Source: Paramoeba atlantica
Lineage: Eukaryota > Protista > Discosea
NCBI GenBank assembly: GCA_977017575.1
Contig: CDRNVI010000109.1
Coordinates: 1 to 48,265, forward strand
Direction: 5' to 3'
Length of the DNA: 48,265 bases
The position numbers were made by a program, and so were the translations under genes. Shown here piece after piece: positions 33,388-45,499 of this stretch. The notes under the pieces were generated by a model. The model was given only the letters and a program-made list of their open reading frames with translations. It had not been told where the DNA came from and made no database searches. Position 1 is the stretch's first letter; each line of letters starts with the position of its first letter.

Positions 33388-36300
33388 CCAATCCATCCAA
33401 TCCAAAAGACCGACATATGTCGGTTAGAATGTTAAATGTTTTCCCCCCGAACTTATACTCCCTCGCCTTCCAGTTCAGAGTTTAGTAGTGCCTACTATTT
33501 TACTTTCACACAATACTTTTCCTTTATCTTCCTGAACTCTTCCTCAGGGTATTCCGAACCTGCTGGTGGAAACACATCTTCCGCCCAACTCTTACTATGA
33601 AGGCGCCCTCTTTCCACCAGTTTTCGCAATCTTCCCGCACAGCGTGACTTTAGCCTCGGCGCCACGCTTGGGTGCTGGATTGGTTTTCGTCTTTCCCTTT
33701 TCCAAGGTTCTATGTTTTATCAGCTTTTCCAAGGATTTGTCGATTTGTGATGCGTTGGAATCATTACTTGTTTTTCTCTTTTTCTGCTCAGGCGGTCGAG
33801 GAACTTTTCGCTCTGCAATCAGTGCTAACCCATCTGCCTCGTCGTTCCATTTATTTCCTGAGTGACCCTTGACTTTGCACATATATATTGAGTACAAATC
33901 ATGTTTTAAGGACCGTAATTTTCCGTCTAACTGGGAGAACAAATCTCCATTTAAAACCCCCTTGTAACCAACGATTCGCCGCCGATATCGAAGATTGTGA
34001 AAGAAGTCCCATAGATAGTAAGAGTCTGTATGAAACAGACAAGCGCATGGTTTTGACGGCAGTTGGAGAAGGGCATGCTGAAAAGCTAAGATCTCTACTC
34101 GCTCAATAGTGTCTGATTCCAATGGTATGGATATCCGTGAGGGTTCGCATCGTGGTTTTAGAACTACGATACCTATGCCACTTCGAATCTCTTTCGTATT
34201 TTTCATCGGCAGAACAGAGCCATCGGTATAGATTTGTATGGCTTTATAGGCTGGAAAAGGCACATTTGATTCTTCAACGAACTGTAATTCTGAAGGACTT
34301 TTTTGTTTTTTAGCTTTGGCAAGAGCAGTTTTCCACTTTGCTGACCCAATTTTTTCGTATTCTATGAGCGGTTCAAGTTCACGTCGCAATTTTTCTGTCA
34401 GACGATACCAGTGTTCACGGTCTGACGCAAATACCAATGCCTCTTCCAGTGTAATGTTAAGATCCTTGAAGCAAGCCTCGCTTGGAGATAAATTGCGTGC
34501 ATTCGAGCGTTGTTTCCACTGTACGAGCTCTTGAAAATCACTGGAGTGCCTCAGCATGTGCCCGACGAGCTTGGCCCTCTGAACCTTGTGTATAGTAGAA
34601 AAGCGCTCAGTTTCAAGATACAGAGAAGCATTCGGGTAGCTCATTCCGTATTCATCTAATCTGTTGCATTGGCAAACTATTCTTCTCATGTTGTTAACTT
34701 CAACGTCAATTCTTCGGAGCATGGATTTTGAAATAGAAAGTGCACCGGTCCCAAAGTTTAGCACCGGATATACTATTGAATCGTAGAGGCGCAGCTTAGT
34801 CTCCGGGCTAAGTGGTGAAGACCAAATACCATTCATTCGAAAGAGAGATCCCCAAGCTAGTTTCAATCGATCTTTAACTGTAGATGTAAAATCATTTTCC
34901 TGCCGATGCCCTAAGTGTTTGTAAGACGTAAGTTTCGGAATCATCCCCGAGAATTTGCTGTTCAGGCTCTCGCTGCTCATTTGAGATTTACCAAAAGTTA
35001 ACCAGGCTGTCTTGTTTGCTCCGACGGCTAGTTTCAGATTAGCTTTGCGTGACTCTTCAGCTACATTGTCTATCATATTTGTCAAACCACTCTTCGTGTC
35101 ACTAAATAACGCTATATCGTCCGCATACTCAATGTCACTCAGGCGCTTTTCATGAAGACCCCGCTTTCTTGTACCCCCAGAGCTGAGAAGAACCCCGTCT
35201 GATTTTCCATCTAGCGCTTTATTGAGAATTCTATCTAACACCATAACGAACAGATAAGGCGCCAATACATCCTTGAAGTATTCCTGTAGTGATAGGGAAA
35301 GGTTTTGTGATTCCAATAGAAGTTCGTACAGTGCCTTTCAGCTCATCGTATATAGACATTATCATCTTAGAAAGACATGGACCTACTCGAAATGCATGCA
35401 AACTAGCTTTAATAGCAGCGAACGATACCGAAGGAAATGCTTTAGCAAAGTCTATAAAAGCTACAGAAAGGCCTTGTCCTCTGAATGCTTTGGTTTTTAT
35501 TTCGTTCATGATAATCTGAGCTCCAGAAGTCGCTCGGTTTGGTCGAAACCCATACTGGTTACCCCGAAGAGACTTTTCAATGTTGGGTCTAATGCGGGAG
35601 AGTATCATATGATTCATGAGCTTAACTACGCTATTTACTACGCATATAGGCCGCCAATTCTCAATGTTAGTGAGGACTCCTTTCTTTGGGATGGGTATTT
35701 GAAGAGTGTTGCGCCAGGCTTCCTCTGTGACCCCCGTTAATTATATTCAGGAGATGCGATCTCAGATCAGGGTGGACCGCTATAGCTTGAAGGGCTTCCA
35801 TTGGTATTCCGTCACTTCCCGGTGTTTTTCCTCTTCTGAAATGTTCTAAAGACGAGAGCTGATTCGTCTTCGTTTTGGGATCACTGACTCGCCATTTAAT
35901 TTGAATTCTGGCTATAACACAACAGTGAGTAGTAGGAATGGGTGCCTTGATCACTTTGTGTCGTTGAACTGCCGATGCAAATCTGCTACAAATAAATATG
36001 TGATCTAACTGCCTTAGAGCTTTGTTTGGTAATTCGCATGTCCATTTCCGACTACTTGGACAAAGACTGTGCGCAGACTTACAGTCTATAGAACAAGAAA
36101 GTCCTTTAAGACGGGCGGCCGCAATGGGATCTAGATCCTTATTTGTTATATGTGTCAAAGGTGCATTAAAGTCGCCCAGTACAATTAATGGGCGACGCGG
36201 GTTGCTTTCCCTTATTCTCAAGCAGCAACGTTCGAGTTCTCCTTAGAACTCCGTAACCTCTACGTCCTTAGAATCGCGTGTAGGAGAATATACGTTAATA

Positions 36301-36629
36301 ACTGTTGCGACTCCTTCCTCCATCTCAAATTCACCCGACATAATCCTTTCACTGATTTTAGATACCTTAGACAAGGGAAAAGTGCTGACGAATCCCATTC
36401 CATTGTATGCATCCTTTGCGCGCGCTGGAATGAGGTTCAAGTGAAACTCTGCGTTCCGATATTGTACTTTGCGGTGAAGGACATCCGACTTTTCAGAAGA
36501 TGGGAATCTGAATCGCGTTTCCTGCAGGCCCAGAATATTTATTCCCTTCAGGCCAATGAAGGCAAGTACTTCGCAAAGGTGTCCGCACTTTCGTAGGCTA
36601 AACTCGTCTTCACCTTTCAGCTTAAGAGT
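33388..36629 (-). mobile_element. RTE-like LINE: APE, RT and RNase H; 5'-truncated
   Basis: 12-bp TSD ACGCACTAAAAT (33376-33387 / 36630-36641). APE: GLQETR, NVYSPT, LGDFNA, LDHIF. RT: QYGFRP, FIDFAKAF, GILQG.VLAPYLF, YADD. RNase H: YTDGS, ERVE, TDSYY, KVKGHSGNKWNDEAD. Confidence 0.9.
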
Positions 36630-36720
36630 ACGCACTAAAATACTTCTATGAGACTTCCTACATTGATCGTCTTCCTGGAAGACGAATCGTCTATACGAAG
36701 TCAATGGAGAACTAGTCAAC

Positions 36721-39700
36721 TATACGAAGTCAATGGAGATGGCTCACGTCGAACACGTTTTGACATTGAGCGCAATCCAAAAGACGCACTAAAATACTTC
36801 TATGAGACTTCCTACATTGATCGTCTTCCTTTGGAAGATTTTTCAGTCAGTACGGAAGCTCAAGAAAAGTGCATGAAAAGGTACAAAAAGAGAATGAACG
36901 ACGACCAACGTATCACAAGTTGTGATTCTTGTAAAGTTATTCTTCTCGAAAGTGACCTTCCGAATCCCGAAGCGCAACTTTGTGCAAGAGATCAAAGAAT
37001 AATGGACAAAAAAGGGAGAATTCCCCGCGGTCCAGTAGAACAACCTTCTACAAATCACCTTCCAGTACCCACGCTGGTAGAAGAGATCCTTCTTCAAAAG
37101 GTGTTTTTACACTGCACAATCATCAGTGTGCATAGGAAAGGTGGCGCATATGCCGCATCCTTGACGCCAGACTCCTCCTCCTGAGGCCAGGAGGAATCAC
37201 CCTCCCTTTCAAGAGGCGGAGGTGGCGGAGTGGCAAGAATTCAAAGTTTGAAGCACATGGTGCTCAGACGGCGAGTTCAAACCCGCTCATCGCAATATTC
37301 CCGGCGGCCTCACTCTAAGAGGCTGGGCTGATAACCGACTAGGCCCAGTACTCGGAGGACCGTCCCGGACCCTCCCCTCAGGGAAACAGCTCCCTTACCC
37401 GGCTTACACCTCTTGGGTAAGCCGTGTTGACGTACAGTTCGTCGACGCAGCGTGTTGGCAACAGCACGTTGGTGCCGCCTTGGACAAGCGGAAACTGGTA
37501 GAGGACGTCGGCCTCGGAACTTCCAAATCTGTCTGTGAAGGGTCTGGCTTGCCAGTGACCATCCGGAGCAATCCGGAATGATTTGGATTTTTTTTTTTTT
37601 TTTTTGAGGCCAGACACGAAGTTCACTGGACACTGGCTACAGCACGCGAAAACCTTGAGCTCTTGCAACTCGAAAGAGTTCCTGATCTCGAGGGCGCGAT
37701 TAAGAACATCCAAATTGTTTGGATAGCCAACGAACGGAGAACGAAACGTAGTCAAAGACTATGTTCTGCACAGCTGAGTGGCATATTCGGCGTGAAATCA
37801 GAGACCCTGAACACCTGGGTAAACTTCCTCTGTGAGCATAACCACGTGTATGCTCAACTGAAAGAGGAAGGAAAGATCAACGTTGTTACCGAGCAACATT
37901 GTAGAGACGTTGTCTCACATCTTTGGGATAGATCTGTTTCCCAGGAGGGTGAAAACGCCATCAACAGTATGGTCACCCAAGCAGTGGCTTCCGATACGTT
38001 ACATCGCGATCCTCGCGGTGAGATCACACGATCTTTTGTAACTGATCACAGCCTTGTAAGCAATGCGCCGTCGGGTGCGCAAATTACGCATGCCGTGGCG
38101 ATGCAACTGAAACAAAAAGAAGGTTTACTCAAGGAGTATACCGACATGGAAAACATCTTGCTCGGAGCATTTCCGACGCTGATGCAAAAGTACCCTTTTA
38201 ATGGTTCAACGTTTGAACTATATGAAATCAAGGAAATTCTAGAGCAATCGGATTCCCGATTTGCAAAGAATGCTGGATTCATATTTTACTGCTACGATGT
38301 GCTTCGGCGCCGTGCAGTCTCATCAGCAGTAGTGCAAAATCTGAAGTATAACAAAGATATGCACAGAAGCCTCATGAATTTTTGCAATGCTGATGCTTTC
38401 TATCACATTGTGCAACAGGCTATAAGGAACCCAAACAGTTCCGAGGCGAAACTTCTGGAAACAAAGTTTCTGTTCCATTTGTGCAAGTATGCGGAAAAAC
38501 GATACCCTTTTCGCCGGCAAAGCGAAAGGCATCACAAGGCCAGATCTACGCCTTATACAGGCGATACGGGCTGCCAAGTTACTGGATCACAGTGAGTCCA
38601 AACATGAACGATAACGTTCTAGCTCTAAGAATCATCACAAATGATGAGAGCGAAAAAATGCAGGAAATGCGGGCCAACCTTCTAAAGCGATCTGAGCTTG
38701 TGCAAGGGAATCCTGTCAGATCCACTAGCATTTTCGAACGGCAAATCCGTACTCTTCTTACCGAATTGTACGGAATGTCGAATGTAGATGAGGTAAAGAA
38801 GGAACGTGACGTTCTTGAAGGCCTCTTTGGTCGCCCTCGAGCATTTTTTGGTGTTGTAGAATGCCAGAAAAGAGGTGCGCTACACTTTCATAGTGTGCTA
38901 TGGCCGAATCTTAGTCCACATTACGTCTCCGAATTAATTCACATTGTGAAGGAGCACGATGGTCTCGCGAAGTCTTTGGGTACGACGATGCGCGCTGATC
39001 TGCCCGAGTGGGCGCAAAGGATCAGTAAGGAGCTTTACGGCCCTGCAACGCTCGACTACTCAAAGATGTATCGCGGAGGTCTGCATATCATTCCTGATGG
39101 AAAGGATGATTATTTCAGGGAACATGTGGCCAAATGTGCTGTTGATGTTCAGCAGCACGTTGGTCACAGACCCATGTGTTTCAAAATGAAAGGAAACATT
39201 AGCAAGAACAAATGCCGATATGGCATTCCATCCGTACTTCATGAAAATGAAACGGAAGTTAGAGAGGTTGAGGTTCAGATGGATGAATCCGGACAACCGG
39301 AATTCCGGCACAAGGCTCCAACACGGCCGATTAAAAATGATACCATTTGGCCAGTACTTGATGAAAGGTCTCTGATTGTGCTTCTGTGCAATAACCAGGA
39401 CCCGACACAACACACTAAATGGGGATCCATCACCGTTCAGTACAATAAAATACTCACTGCTTGCGTAAGATGCAATACATGTGTAGTTTTCATTGGGAGC
39501 GAAGGTCCCGGCATAAAAATTATGCAGTATCACATAAAATATATGAGCAAGGACATTGGTCCACCTGTGTACATTGTACCAGCACTTCGCGCAGCCAATG
39601 ACCACCTTCAAATGGGTCTGAATTCAGAGCACAGAGTGCAAACTGACATTCCGATGGCACGCTTAGTTCTACAGAAATTGTCGAACATGACACATCGAAA

Positions 39701-42333
39701 GATAGAAGTTTCAATCGAAATGGCAACTGCCTTTTGTCTCGGCCAATCCTCCGAGTATATGAGCCATAACTTCACATGGATCAATATGAACCGTGTAATG
39801 AAGTTCCTGGCAAATATCTCAAGTGAGTCAGATCACATAGATCTCGAAATCAGTGACGATGATTCGTCACAAGACTCTGATATGGAGTTCGACGACGGTA
39901 TCTTAGAGGCTCCTCTAATGATCACCGAACATGATTGTGCAGTTCTTGCACCACTCCATGTGCGTTACATGCACAGGGGCGAAGATCTTCAAGACCTTGA
40001 CCTGTATTCCTATGCAAGCATTGTCAGCGTAAAGAAGAAAAGAGCTGAACTAGCTCAAGAAGAGCCCGATCATGATTCAGATTTTGAGTCAGGGACAAAT
40101 CGAAGACGTCGTCGCGGACGTCGTGCTAATGGGGGATACGCCTTTGAGGACATTGAAGGCCTCCCGGAATTTGAGCCTGGAGATATTGTTGAGCAACAGG
40201 TGCGCTCTTTGCACACTGTGCCAGCTATACCAGGTTTTCCCATATTGAGTTCTTCAAAAGAACCTGGGGCACGAGCTCGAAGCCATCTTCGAGTAGCGAA
40301 ACACATGGTGGCATTGTTTTCCCCATGGACGAAAGGCTCACCGAGACATGAAATGACCCTAGAAGGGTTTGAAAAGCTTCTCAATGAAGCGAAAATAAAT
40401 ACGCCTGGAAAGTATGACATAATGTGCAATTTTCTTCGGCTTTTACATGCTTCGAAGAATACAGAGAACGCGGCAGATTTGTATCGACGCAAAGATGCTT
40501 GCACTCTGGGAGAAGCAAGATTAGAACGCAACATTGCGTACGAAAATGAGCTTGAAGTGCGAGAGGTTGAACCTCATCTTCAAGATGCTCTTGAAGCACA
40601 GCAGAACACTGCAGTGGTTAATGAAGAGCGATTGGTTCAGCAGAATGCATACTGCGAACTACAAACACGAGCTTTAACGGCCGCGTTAGGAGGTTCTACT
40701 GATAACTCCTCTGAAGAAAATGTTGATCTTGCATCGACAATGACAAGGACGAGGTCCAATATTTCAGTCATAAATGCGCGAGAGCGCTATGCTGAAATGA
40801 TCCAAAACGAACGATTTGCAACTTCGGCTCAATCTGAGCCAAGTGCACCAGTGGACAGAGCTCATTTTAATGAGGATCGTCCACTGGCTCGCAGTAATCA
40901 ATACGAAGAGATTACGTTCGATCGCAGCTACGTATTGCGCGAAGACAACAGTTCCATTGAACTGAATCAAGCACAGAGACAGTGCGTAAATCAAATTGAA
41001 GATTTACTAAACGGGAAACTAGACCCCGAGCGGAAATGTATGTTTCTGCTCGGTGGCCCCGGAACCGGGAAAAGTCTAGTTTCCCGTTTCATAATGCAAG
41101 AACTGGGAAGCCAATGTATTGCAATGGCGCCCACTGGGATCGCCGCATCAGTACTGCACTGTTGCACAATACACGCTTCCCTCTGCATACCGATAGGGGC
41201 TACTGCAAGAAATTTGAAACATCTTTCAAGCAGTAGCCTTCTACCATACCAACAAAGGTATGAGAAATGTCGATTAATCATAGTCGACGAAGTGTCAATG
41301 ATCAGCAAGTGTTTCCTTGCCTGTATCAACGCTAGGCTGCAGCAAATCAAAGGAAATGAGCAGCTTCCCTATGGAGGCATCAACATGCTCTTTGTTGGAG
41401 ATTTTTATCAGCTGAGACCAGTACAAGGAGCGTCTCTTACCATAGAAGATAGCTCTCCTGGTAATAATCCCATTTTTGAGAATATTTTTCAAGTCTCGTA
41501 TGTGTTTGAACTCAAACAACAAATGAGAGCACGACAAGACTGTATTTTCAGATATCTTGCGTCTTCTTCGAAAAGCTTCCAATGAGGGGTTGAAGAAGTT
41601 CATCCAATTGGTAAAACCTCTTACCTCTGAGGACCAAGAAAAGTTCCGCAATGCAATTGTCATTGTTGGAACAAATATTGAACGGCACAAGGTTATTGTC
41701 GCAATGGCAAGAAATTTTGCCAGACGTCACAATTGCCCATTGTTCGCATGTACGGGCGATAACGTCCAAGGTAAACTCATTGACACACACCCTGAAGCAT
41801 TTTCTGTATTTGTAAAAGGAGCACCCGGTGTAATCACCGAGAATATTGCTCCTTATACAATGCAAATTGCGAATGGGACAGTGATTGAAATGAGAGACCT
41901 TGTGTCAGACGATTTGTCATACGACACTATTGATGGTGTTCGTTATCTAAGAAAAGCCCCTTCTTTTATGCAATGCATTGAGAAGGGGTCAGGTGTAGAA
42001 TTTTACGCCAAAAAGGCGCAGCACCATGATAAGGCTTCCCAAGGAAACTTTCAAGTGGAATTGGGATTTGCCTATACGTATCACAAAGTACAAGGTATCA
42101 CCGTGAAGAACGGTGTTATTCTTGACTTGAATGATAAGGCGTGGTCCAAGAGACCGGAATTCGCCAAGCTCACAGTAGCAATATCCAGGGCACAATGCCT
42201 CGATGATATTCGAGTGCTCCCTGGCATGGGCACAGATCGCCCAGGAACACACCTGACTTCAGGTTACCATAGGCCTAAATTTCCGGCCATGGAAAAAGCA
42301 AATCGGCTTACCGATTTGACTTATCAATTCTAA
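36721..42333 (+). CDS. Helitron Rep/helicase (frameshifted, SINE-interrupted)
   Basis: LPVPTLVEEILL (DUF6570-like by recall); FGVVECQKRGALHFH (HUH); YHIKYMSK (catalytic Tyr motif); LGGPGTGKS, IIVDEVSM, GDFYQL, AYTYHKVQG and VAISR (PIF1). Confidence 0.92.
37191..37604 (+). mobile_element. SINE-A, full length, inserted in the Helitron ORF
   Basis: 9-bp TSD TGAGGCCAG (37182-37190 / 37605-37613); A box TGGCGGAGTGG 37223-37233; B box GAGTTCAAACC 37273-37283; T-rich tail. Confidence 0.9.
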
Positions 42334-42540
42334 GAAATTAGATTGAAACGATATTCTTAGGAAGACCTCTCTAGGGGGGAAGCAAGCTTGATACCGGTCA
42401 CAATCCCGGCGTCTTCAGCTTCGGCAGAAGAAGTGCGAGTGACCCCAACGCCCACGCGCCCTCTACCAAAAAAAATGTCTCCATCATAGCTGCAGAATTA
42501 CGCTCCGTCAAAATTGCTTTCAATTTTTTTTATCGAAATT

Positions 42541-42742
42541 TCAGAAGCTTGTTTGCTTCAAAAGCACCCACCGCGGCAGCGGGCCTGTACCGTCTCGAAG
42601 GGCGCCCCGGGCGGGCCCTTCAAAAAAAGATATCAGAAGCTTGTTTCCTTCAAAATTACATGTCACGAGGTAAAGCACCCACCGCGGCAGCGGGTCTGCA
42701 CCCTCTCGAAGGGCCCTCCGGGCAGGCCCTTCAAAAAGAAGA
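42541..42742 (+). repeat. Tandem duplication of about 90-110 bp, each copy with a GC-rich GAAGGGC...GCCCTTC hairpin
   Basis: AAAGCACCCACCGCGGCAGCGGG occurs twice. Confidence 0.8.
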
Positions 42743-42824
42743 CTTCTACGTTCATGTATTGCTTTTTAAGTTGAATGTTTCTAGACTCAGCTTGATTTTT
42801 TTGAAAACTATCTTTGAATTGACT

Positions 42825-43166
42825 ATGGCCTCGGCGGAGAATCAATCAACCAATGGCAACGACATTTCCGACAAGGAAAGAGATACAAATCGCAAAAGAG
42901 ATGATTACTTAGAATCTCTACACGTTTTGCGCTCTGCGCGCGAAGAGCGTGACGAGCGCTCAATCACAATAGAACACCTTCCCTCCTCTACGGCTAAAGA
43001 AGACCTTACCAAGCATTACGCTTCTTATGGCGAAATCGATTGCATAACAATCGTATCAAAAAAGGGACTGGCGCACGTGTGTTTTAGCACTACGGAAGAA
43101 GAAAAGCGTGCATCGAGCGTTTACTTCAAAGGGAAAAAGAAGAGAAACAGATACTTAAATTTCTGA
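42825..43166 (+). CDS. RRM-domain ORF, copy 2, inside the Helitron
   Basis: Near-identical to 12566-12940; lies between the RepHel stop and the terminal modules. Confidence 0.7.
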   Translation: MASAENQSTNGNDISDKERDTNRKRDDYLESLHVLRSAREERDERSITIEHLPSSTAKEDLTKHYASYGEIDCITIVSKKGLAHVCFSTTEEEKRASSVYFKGKKKRNRYLNF

Positions 43167-44501
43167 ATAAGTGTGTAAGAAGACGTTTGGAAGTGAAAGT
43201 TGGTTTAAAATTTTGAAGTCATGATTCGAAGGTTGGAGAAGGAAAGAAAACACTTTTCTTTCGAGAAATTTTCGGCTTAAATTCGTCCACAGGACCGTTT
43301 TTTTACGATTCATCGCATCAAAGTTTTTCTGTGGTTTTACTTTGTGTCTCGGAAACCCTCTGTAAGTATTTGTCACTTCGCATTTTCTAAACTCAAATAA
43401 ATACAATTGAAACTAAATTTGTTAAAAAAATGTTTACATTTACATAGCAGATCTACATTTGCAGTCATCACTTCTTCTATTTTTAGCCTGATCATTCAAC
43501 AAATATGATTTTGATGACTCAATTAGTGCATACCCAACGTACTGTCAGAAAAGCGTTCCGACATGGCATTAACTTCACCCCTGGCGTAAACCAAATGAAT
43601 CAAAACGAAGAAGTAAACCCACGAGGTAAATCCCCCCCCCCTTCAAAAGCCGGGGTGAATTCAAGTGCCTTTCAAAAAAAGAGGTCTCCACCCTGCTTCG
43701 TTCAAAATCGTGCGAACCGAAGGAAAACAAATGTGAGCGGAAATATGGAAAAACAACCCTATTTTTGCCCAACTATCGGCTCTTTTTGGACCAAATCCAG
43801 AATTATCCCTCTGGTTTCTTTTACTCTCCTGTCAAATTTTTCTTTTCTAAGCTCTTCGTTAAACGCGGTAAAGGAAAAAAATATAAAAGGGGGATCCGGT
43901 GGTCCAAAATTGAAAACAAAAATTGAAAAAAATGGGGGGTCTATGGGGGGGGGCATACCCTACCAGGGGTTGACCCCCCCTCGTATCCGCAAGACGGGTC
44001 CGTCAAGTTCCGATTTTTTCGGAAAAAACAATTTGAAAAAATTTTCAACTTGACGAAAAAATTGGTAAAAAGAATATTTTTCCAAAGTTGTTTCGCCTAT
44101 TGTATTTTTATAGTTCGGGACCTATTCTAGCTTTTTACGTCATTGGTTTTGCGAGGTGTAGCTTCTTGAAGCCGTGGTACGACTCCCAAAATGTCCCATT
44201 TTTGATCAAAAAATGCGAAAAAGTAATTTTTGGACACCAAGAGGTCTTTTTGAATCGTGTGGTTGGAGTCGCATTCTCGACTTTAGTGCTCTATATACAA
44301 AAATCACCCCATTTTTACCAAAAAATCGGCAATTTTTGGCTCAAATCCTTCCGTTTTCTTCCCCGTCCCTGGCCAATTTTCTTTTTTAGGCTCTTCGTCA
44401 AACGCGGAGGGAGTTTTCAACGCGAAGCGCGCAGCATGAGTGACTTCTAGGTTGAAAACAACCACCGCGTTTAACGAAGAGCCTAAAAAAGAAAATTATT
44501 T

Positions 44502-45499
44502 ATTGCGGTGGTTGTATAACTACCGCTCTACCCTCGATTGCGGTGGCTGTAAAACTACCGCTCTACACTCGATTATTGAAAAAAAAGTGAACAAAAACAG
44601 TGAAAATATAAAGGGGAACACAGTAATATAATAGAAGAAAAAAATATAAAAGGGGGCTCCGGTGGAGTAAAACTGAAAAAAAAAATTGAAAAAAATGGTG
44701 GGTCCATGGGGGAGGTCCATGGGGCGGGTCCAGGGTGGGGTCCAGGGGGGGATCCAGGGGGGGGTCCAGGGGGGGTTCCAGGGGGGGGACCAGGGGGTCA
44801 TGGTCGAGCAATTTTTTTCGAAAAAATTAGATTTCGAAAAAATACCGCAGAAAGGGTAGCCGGGGTCTTGGCGCGCATTTTCCACCCCCCTACCCGGGGG
44901 TGACCCCCCCGCGTATCCGCAGGACCGGTCCGCCAATTTCGGATTTTTTCGGAAAAAAAATTTTGAAAAAAATTTCAACATGGCTAAAAAAATGGTAAAA
45001 AACATATTTTTCCAAAATCGTTTCCCCTATTGTATTGTGATAGTTTGGGACCTACACTAGCATTCTCCGAAGTTGTTTTCGCAAGGTATCCCTTCTTCGA
45101 ACTGTGGTGCGCCCCTCAAAATGACCCATTTTTGACTAAAAAAGGTGAAAAAGTATTTTTCGGACCTAAAGGGGGATTTTTGTGTCGAAAGAATGGTGCG
45201 GTTGGAGTCGCATTCTCTACCCAATACGTTAAGTAGGCTTTCATTCATGCCTACGAGTGATTTCCCACGCGTAAATGTCGGATTTAGTGCTCTGAGAGCA
45301 AAAGTACGCGAAAATCACCCCATTTTTACCAAAATTCGGCTATTTTTGGTTATAATCTTTCCGTTTTCCAGGCTAAATTTTCTTTTTTAGGCTCTTCGGT
45401 AAACGCGGCGGTAGCTTTCAACGCGAAGCGCGCAGCATGAGTGACTTCTAAGTTGAAAACAACCACCGCGTTTAACGAAGAGCCTAAAAAAGAAAATAT
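44502..45499 (+). mobile_element. Complete palindromic cassette abutting the Helitron 3' end
   Basis: Two 35-bp 5' units, all internal modules, terminal palindrome. Confidence 0.88.

Larger units (their letters stand above)
30135..44497 (+). mobile_element. Autonomous-type Helitron (5' end not visible) with three nested insertions
   Basis: The reading frame can be rejoined across each insertion. It carries HUH Rep and PIF1 helicase motifs, and ends in the same modules and palindrome as the non-autonomous cassettes (43870-44497). Confidence 0.85.

Noticed and set aside
35667-36629. APE endonuclease as part of a Helentron polyprotein
   Set aside because: It is antisense to RepHel, linked to an RT and bounded by a 12-bp TSD, so it belongs to an inserted LINE.
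37215-37604. SINE-A as 7SL, RNase P/MRP or a hammerhead/HDV ribozyme
   Set aside because: By eye I found no SRP helix-8, RNase P CR-I/CR-V or CUGANGA/GAAA consensus. Dispersed copies with TSDs indicate a SINE. An Rfam search is still needed to exclude these formally.
15116-45390. Recurrent ORFs beginning MKKYFSD, MGSFSHIF or MYFDSLG, and proline-rich PPPPW ORFs
   Set aside because: They are open in several frames and on both strands, with starts and stops differing between copies. They are by-products of the palindromic non-coding cassette.
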